Source of the DNA: Cercozoa sp. M6MM
Taxonomy: Eukaryota > Protista > Endomyxa: Ascetosporea
Length of the DNA: 64,000 bases
Assembly (NCBI GenBank): GCA_040357565.1
Contig: JBDODJ010000051.1
Reading direction: 5' to 3' (one strand)
The position numbers and the translations under genes are program-made. The notes beneath the pieces were generated by a model that was given only the letters and a program-made list of their open reading frames with translations, was not told where the DNA came from and ran no database searches. Positions 58,201 through 64,000 of the stretch are shown in pieces. Positions within the stretch are counted from its first letter, which is position 1. Each line of letters starts with the position of its first letter.

Positions 58201-58915
58201 CACGGAGTACAGAAGTAGAAGGCAAAAAGAAGAAGAGAGTAAAAGGGGTAAAGGGGGGTAAGGAAGCCACCTCATCCAAAGCAGCGCGGAACTCGCCAAT
58301 CAGCGATTTCGTTCCTCGCGAGCCAAAGCCACTTCCCTGCGTTTACAGTTATAGTTACAAAAATGAAATGCGTTCAAAGGGTTATACAGGCTTTAATCAA
58401 AGGAGCCCAGGTATTATTTTTGTTGTAGTGGTGCGTACACTGGCATCCAGAACAGCGATTCGGAGCGACTCGGTTTCGATCTCACGCGGCTCTCGTTCGC
58501 CCAGCTGTTTTTACGTTTTCAGTTCGTGAGTTTATTTTGGTGTGTAGAGTGTGTGATAAAGGGAGACAGTACGTTGAGCGTAAAGACGGCGTCCCAGCGC
58601 GGTGACAGCGTCTGCGGCTTGGCCAGAGTCGAGTCGGCGAACTCAAAGAGTGACACGACACCCACTGGGTCGGCCATCTGACCGCGGCCACTCGGGACGA
58701 GACCACGTGCCTCGTGCAGTCGAACCACCAACTGAAACAAGCACACACATACACACATTAGATAACATAACTACAGTGCAGCCCCCCTTACAAGCTACAA
58801 CTCAGCAGCACACCTGGTACTCGCCCTTCTCGAGTTCATACTTGACTGTCTCCTCGGCCTTGACGTTGACGTTAGTGTCTGGACCAAGAGCTGCACTCGC
58901 TCCTGCTGTGTCCAT
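49258..58915 (-). CDS. Ferlin (multi-C2, C-terminal TM)
   Basis: C2 motifs VVRLHEARGL...ADPV, LPKDVSQCPDVFVY, LRAYVIRARGLAARRPGGTCDPYL, FELRMVVWQAK, T|DVHWRASGGKAS|FNYR, LRIQLWDK; ferlin tail PAGFGRSAPNEHPHLPKPP followed by TM and stop at 49258. Confidence 0.92.
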
Positions 58916-59385
58916 CTGTCACACGTGTGCTTGTCTGGTAGATACGCGCACACTGGCCCAGTCCAGTTCAGTACCTGCAAGACGGAATATTCACTCAGGC
59001 TTTTGTTTTTTGAAGTGAGTTACGGAATTCCGATCACTGCTTTCGGCCTTTCGTATAAGTTTCTGCGAGTGGCTGCCCATTTACTTTGATTCTGTGGGTG
59101 GCTGACCTGGCGTTGTCTGTATTCTGCACCAACAAACATATTGAAAGTGCACTTTCGTCCTGAACCAGCAAATATAACCCGCATGGAGACGATTAGACGT
59201 CCCGAACAGTCTAGCACAGTGCAATTTATGTTTTATTGATTTCGCTGTGTTTAAATCGTCTAAATTGTCGCGCATAGTCACTGTATCAACGAGTGTATTT
59301 CCATTGTACTTGTAGCCAGGGCAATGTATCTTTAGTAACACTGACACGAATTCACGTGAAAAGTAGAAATTGGAACAGCGTTTAG

Positions 59386-61631
59386 TCAGCTTTCGAGAGC
59401 ATCGACAGGCGTTCGGTCTGCTGCAGAAAGAACAGAGCTAAGTCGCACGGGAGGTTGTTCCAGCGTCTCCATCAGATCGAAAGGCTGCAGTCCAACTTCA
59501 TCCGACTCGGTGTTAAAATCGAGTTGGTGCTCGCCAGTTTCCATCTGCAACGACACCGACGAGGTTTCACTCTCCTGCATTTGGGCATCCAGAGGCTCAG
59601 TCAGCTCGCTTGTGACCGAGCTGTGGTGACTCTGCGACTGTCCCAGTGGATAGTACTTACTTCCACTGCGAGGTGAATTTTTCTTTGAAGCTTCGTCGCT
59701 GAGACTTTCGCGAGAGGCCAGTCTGAGTAGTTGTCGCTGCGACTCGGAGGCTCGTGCTGCTAGCCGTCTCCTCAGGGTTGAAGGTCGGTTCTGCCGCTGA
59801 CGTTCCCACAAAACCTCCAGCTCCTTTTCTTTCTCGTCGAAATAGGTCGCGTCCTCTCCTTCATCGACGCAGCGCAGGTCGCTCAACAGATCAAAGTCCG
59901 ATTCGATGTCGCTCAAGTATTTGCTTTCGCCCTTTGTGCGTTCGCGAGTGTGTATGTCGCGTCGATGTCCAAACGCATTCGCGTGCAGGCGCTCGAACGG
60001 ATTCATCATTAGATACGAGGACACTTTCGGATTGAAGTCCCACTCGCTGTTCTGTCGGCCGCCCTGTGAAGGTACACAAACGGACCTTTTGCGCTCGCGG
60101 CATTCGCGTCGCGTTCGACGAGAGGCAGCTCGGTGCATTGCCACCTCTGCAATGGGCACACGATTTGCAGGAGGCTCTGTTCTCTTCCAGTTCGATCGAA
60201 CGGAATCCGTGGCCATCTGGGACATGGTTCGAACCTGCGAACAAGTGAGAATCGAAATCGCACATATAATATGGACCAAACTGCTACCTTTCGTTCCGCT
60301 TCGGCAGCAGCGCTTTCCATTTTCATGCGACGCTGGAAAAGATCATTTTCCAGTCTTTCGTTGAATGATTTGTCGCGCAGTTCGGGAGGCAGCGGTGCTC
60401 GCTTTGTGGGAGGAAGTTGACTGACCAAGGACGATTGTTGCTGTAGTGCGTCGTGCAGAGTGTGGCGCCTGCTTAACTTTCACGTGCGAGCTGTCATAAT
60501 TGAAGGGTTTTGCTGAGTTGTAAATTTTAAACCTACCTCTGTATCTTTTTAGTTCGCCTTTTCTCTTCGTCGGAGTGTGTGCGTGCAAGAAACGAGCGCC
60601 AGCGTAGCTCATGTTCCGCTCTTGAACTACAGTAAGGTACATCTAGAACAAGGGCAACTGTGAACTGAACTCAACTTACATTCCGCGATCCGAAGAGTCG
60701 AAAGGTTTACTTTCGTCTGCTTTCGGATGGAATGGCGATTCGGTCGTCGAGAGCCGAAGAAAAGGATCTGCACTCTGTTTGACATGGCTGACGTAAGTAA
60801 ATGATACGCTTCAAACAATGACATACCAGGTAGTTTCGCAGTCGTCTTGATTTCTGGATATTAGCAGACGGTGTCGGGCGACAGATTTCTTCGTCTCGCA
60901 GCTGTTGGCCTCCTTCGTTGTCGTACTGATAGCGAGCCTGAACTTGTCGCATTCGGAGGTCGTCGACCAAGCTAGGAAGTCTCCTCCTGCAGAATCGAGT
61001 GCTTTTCAGTTTATTTGATGTCAAGACCTGACAAAGCTAAAAGTAAAGCGGTGCTCACCGTTGCCGAGCCAACTCAATTGAGCGCTTGTTCAACCTTGGA
61101 GCAAAGGTCTAAACCAATGACATTTTTGACAAGCAAGTGTGAGGAGCTGGGCTAAAAGTAAATTAAATTGAAACTCACACAGGCAGACTGCTCGAGGCGC
61201 GCCTTTTGTTCCATTTCGTCCTGGATTGCACGGAGTCGGTTTTGTGTCTTTAGGGACATCTTCTTATTCACGAGACGTTCAATTCCTCGCTCAAACGCAG
61301 GTCGAGGGCAGGACTCTTTGCAGGAATGTGGTCGCATTTCGTGTCGAGAAGACTGTCGCGCCTCACTGTCGACGTTTTCGCTGTCTTCCGAGAAGCGAAA
61401 GTGCAGCACGTTCTTCTCGTGACTTGGGGAAATGTCCAAGAAAGACGCACGAGGTTCGGTGGAATCATCGAGTTCATGAGCAGAACCAGGCTCAATCGAG
61501 TATTCGTCGGTGTCCGATTCGAGGGCAGTGGCAAGGGGCGATATCGGTGAAGGTTCACACTCTTGCTCGTGATCATGAACTTGTCGCTGCGAGACAAAGT
61601 GCGAAGCCAGCAACTCTAATTCCCTGCTCAT
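59386..61631 (-). CDS. Hypothetical hydrophilic/coiled-coil protein (start approximate)
   Basis: Long hydrophilic ORFs (297 aa, 168 aa and others) linked by GT-AG introns, with short FERL/NERL-type helices. No family recognised. Confidence 0.5.
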
Positions 61632-61797
61632 CGCCAGCAACACGGTGCCTGGAGGCACTGTGGCCGAGCAACTGTTCTAGAGTGACGTTGCGCAGCAAAA
61701 CACTTGTCTGTAGTCGTCTGCGTTATAGGCAATGAGAGAAACGCACCGCTCGACTACTGTATTTTCTCCTTGGATCGAACTCCCAATTTCGCAGAGT

Positions 61798-61848
61798 TAG
61801 TTAGTTGAGTCTTCTAGGAAACCAACTATGTAGTTCCCTGCACCAGTC
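61798..61848 (-). repeat. Short dispersed repeat, copy B
   Basis: Reverse complement gactggtgcagggaactacatagttggtttcctagaagactcaactaacta matches 21950-22024, without the central insert. Confidence 0.75.
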
Positions 61849-62128
61849 TGGGGTGGGTCACAAGAGCATGGCCGTTTCTATTTTGACATTCCCCAAGACA
61901 CCGAAGTCGACTTCATGGTTGGTGCTCCCAATTTGGCATAACTGCAGAAGTTGAGATGTGGGCACGTATTGGCACACTAATGATCCACAGTGATTTGCGT
62001 CACGGTCAGAGCAATTGCTCCCGTACGGAAACTTCGGTTAAAACGAAACAGAAAGCGAGAATTTAGTTAGACTAACTGAAACTAAACGAAAGAAACTTAG
62101 TACGAGTAGTTGTGTCGGCCAAGATCGG

Positions 62129-64000
62129 CTAAAGAGCAGGAGCAGGCTCGAGAGGCGGCGGCGCATCCTCCATCTCGGGCGAGGCGGACTGGTCGGCCGA
62201 GGAGGAGGAAGACGAGTAGACGCCTGACGAGGCGGTCAGCTGGTCGGACAGCCGTGCCTGCTTGGCCTCGCGGCGGCGTCGCTCGTGCTCGGCGAGTTTG
62301 TCGAGCGTGTGCTGCGCCTTGACGAAGCAGGCCTCGAGCGGCACCAGCAGCCGGTTCAGGAAGGGCGTCGTGGCGCGCACCCGTGTGCTCACGTGCGCTG
62401 CCGCACACAAAGTTTATCGGTTATTAAGGTATAAAGGTATTAAAGGTATACAGGCATAAAGGTAGATAAATTAACAGAGGTAAAAATAGACACATAAAAA
62501 TAAATGAACACACATATATATAGACTTATATCGGTACATGTGCATATATATACATATATTACCGATTTACTACATATACAAATACACATGTATACCTATA
62601 CAGACATATAAAAACAGGTACTCTGCATGTGCACACGCTGTTGCTGGATGGCGTCGTGCTCTCCGCGCAGTGCCGCCAGCAGTCGCTGCAAACGTGCCTT
62701 GTGCGCCTTGCGGAACGGAAACAGTTTCTGGGGGGATTAGAGGGGTAAAGGGGGTAAACGGGGAGGGGGTAATGGGGTATGCGCTACCCAGAAGTGCGAG
62801 CACAACTCGTGAACAATTCGCGCGTGTTTCCGGACAGCTTCTTCTGCCTCGGCCGCGATCTCTAAACCAAGGGGGTAAAGGGGAAAGATGGGGGGGGGGG
62901 GGTAAGAGGGGCCAAGCGGGGGAGGGAAAGTACCATACTCGGAGCCATCCGGCGCATGCACCGCCAGTCGACGCCGCTTCCGCTCCGGTCCTTCGTCGTC
63001 ACTACATCCACCCCGGAGGGGGTAAACAGGGAGGGAAGGGCGGGGGGGGGGGTAAAACTACGCCACTCGCTGCCGCACGCTGCCCTCGTGCAGCAGAGTG
63101 TCGATGATGGCTGCGCCCGTCGACTTGCCTGAAGCAACTCAACTCAACTCAAAGCAACTCAACTCAACTCAAAGCAACTCAACTCAACTCAAAGCAACTT
63201 AACTCAACTCAACTCAACTCAACTTAAAGCAACTCAACTCAACTCAACTCAACTCAACTTACCTTGCCTATCATCCTGCTCCTCAGCCGAGGTAGCCTGT
63301 GCAACAGATGTCACACCGGCCGCGCTCTGCAGTTCGCTACGCCGCTGCAGTCGCAGCAGCGCCTGGGGGGAGGGGGTAAAGGGATAAGGGTGGGGGTAAA
63401 GGGTACGGGTGGGGTAAAACCTACCAGCATCTGCATGAGCGCCTGGTTGCTTTCGTTCGGCGACTGCAGCATCGGCAGCGACACCGCCACTGCCCTCTAA
63501 GGGGGGGGGGGTAAAGTGGGGGTAAAGTGGGGGGTAAGGGGGTAAACCTGCGACGCCGGTACGGCAGCCAGGCGCGCGGCAAAGTCGGCGAGACTCTTGG
63601 AGACCAAGGCGGCGGCGGCGGCTTTCGCTTCGACCTCCTGCGCCGACGTCGTTGCGTGTGCGCCTACTCTTACCTCCCTCTTTACCCCCTCCCCATCTTA
63701 CCCTCCATCTTACCCTACGCCCCATCTTACCCCCCATCTTACCCCCGTGTTACCAGCAAAGAGAAGCCGGACGTCGCACAGTGGCAGCGGCAGTTCGGTG
63801 CGACCACCTTGTTCGGACAGGCTTGATGGTCGGTCCTCCTGTGATGGCGGCATCCGCGCGGAGCCACTCGTGTCTTTCGCTGCCACCAGGATCGACTCGC
63901 GGTTCATGTGTCGCAGCAAGGCCGCTCGCTCCTTCGCCTGCTTGGCCTGCGCCGTGCGCGAACGCTCCAGCACCTGGGGTGTTAAAATACAGGGATAAAT
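62129..64000 (-). CDS. TFIIH p62 subunit (TFB1/GTF2H1)-like, 3' part
   Basis: LLRHMNRESILV, PLPLCDVRLLFAG, IVHELCSHFW|KLFPF...RLQRLLAAL and LLVPLEACFVKA match the p62 C-terminal elements as I recall them (IIKRFNHHS, ELLRHFWSCFP). Confidence 0.6.
63134..63260. repeat. (AACTC)n satellite filling one intron
   Basis: Direct reading. AACTC units are interrupted by AAAGC. Confidence 0.95.

Noticed and set aside
52150-64000. G-rich tracts as telomere or interstitial TTAGGG arrays
   Set aside because: The unit is GGGTAA-like, irregular and intron-bounded, not TTAGGG/TTTAGGG. Kept only as an intron-repeat finding.

Overview
Eukaryotic, gene-dense, intron-rich DNA from a flagellated protist. Introns are mostly 50-110 nt and GT-AG, the code is standard, and there are two 10-N assembly gaps. 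The actin looks rhizarian-like to me (tentative, no search run). Spliced by eye, the window holds in order: TTLL1 (5'-truncated), a class I PI3K, actin, a ~1,300-aa secreted protein with many micro-exons, an Arf-like GTPase with degenerate motifs, a small secreted protein, V-ATPase c'', a spatacsin-like gene, CFAP58, a secreted tyrosinase with Cys-rich repeats, a WD40/TPR protein, a degenerate RAD51 paralogue, a small Cys-rich membrane protein, a cadherin-EGF membrane protein, a multi-pass membrane protein, a ferlin, a hypothetical protein and the 3' part of TFIIH p62. The best candidate for an undescribed system is 12.6-21.7 kb. Two otherwise dissimilar signal-peptide proteins there end in the same tail (ALSxxTFGWVxPP), are built from phase-0 exon cassettes, and carry cytosol-type motifs (SILK-like + RVxF PP1 docking, GPPPP/FPPP polyproline, many S/T-P sites), with the Arf-like gene between them. 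A second oddity is introns filled with a GGGGTAA/TTACCCC repeat in either orientation. All gene models are manual predictions without transcript data, so exon boundaries and some starts/ends are approximate.
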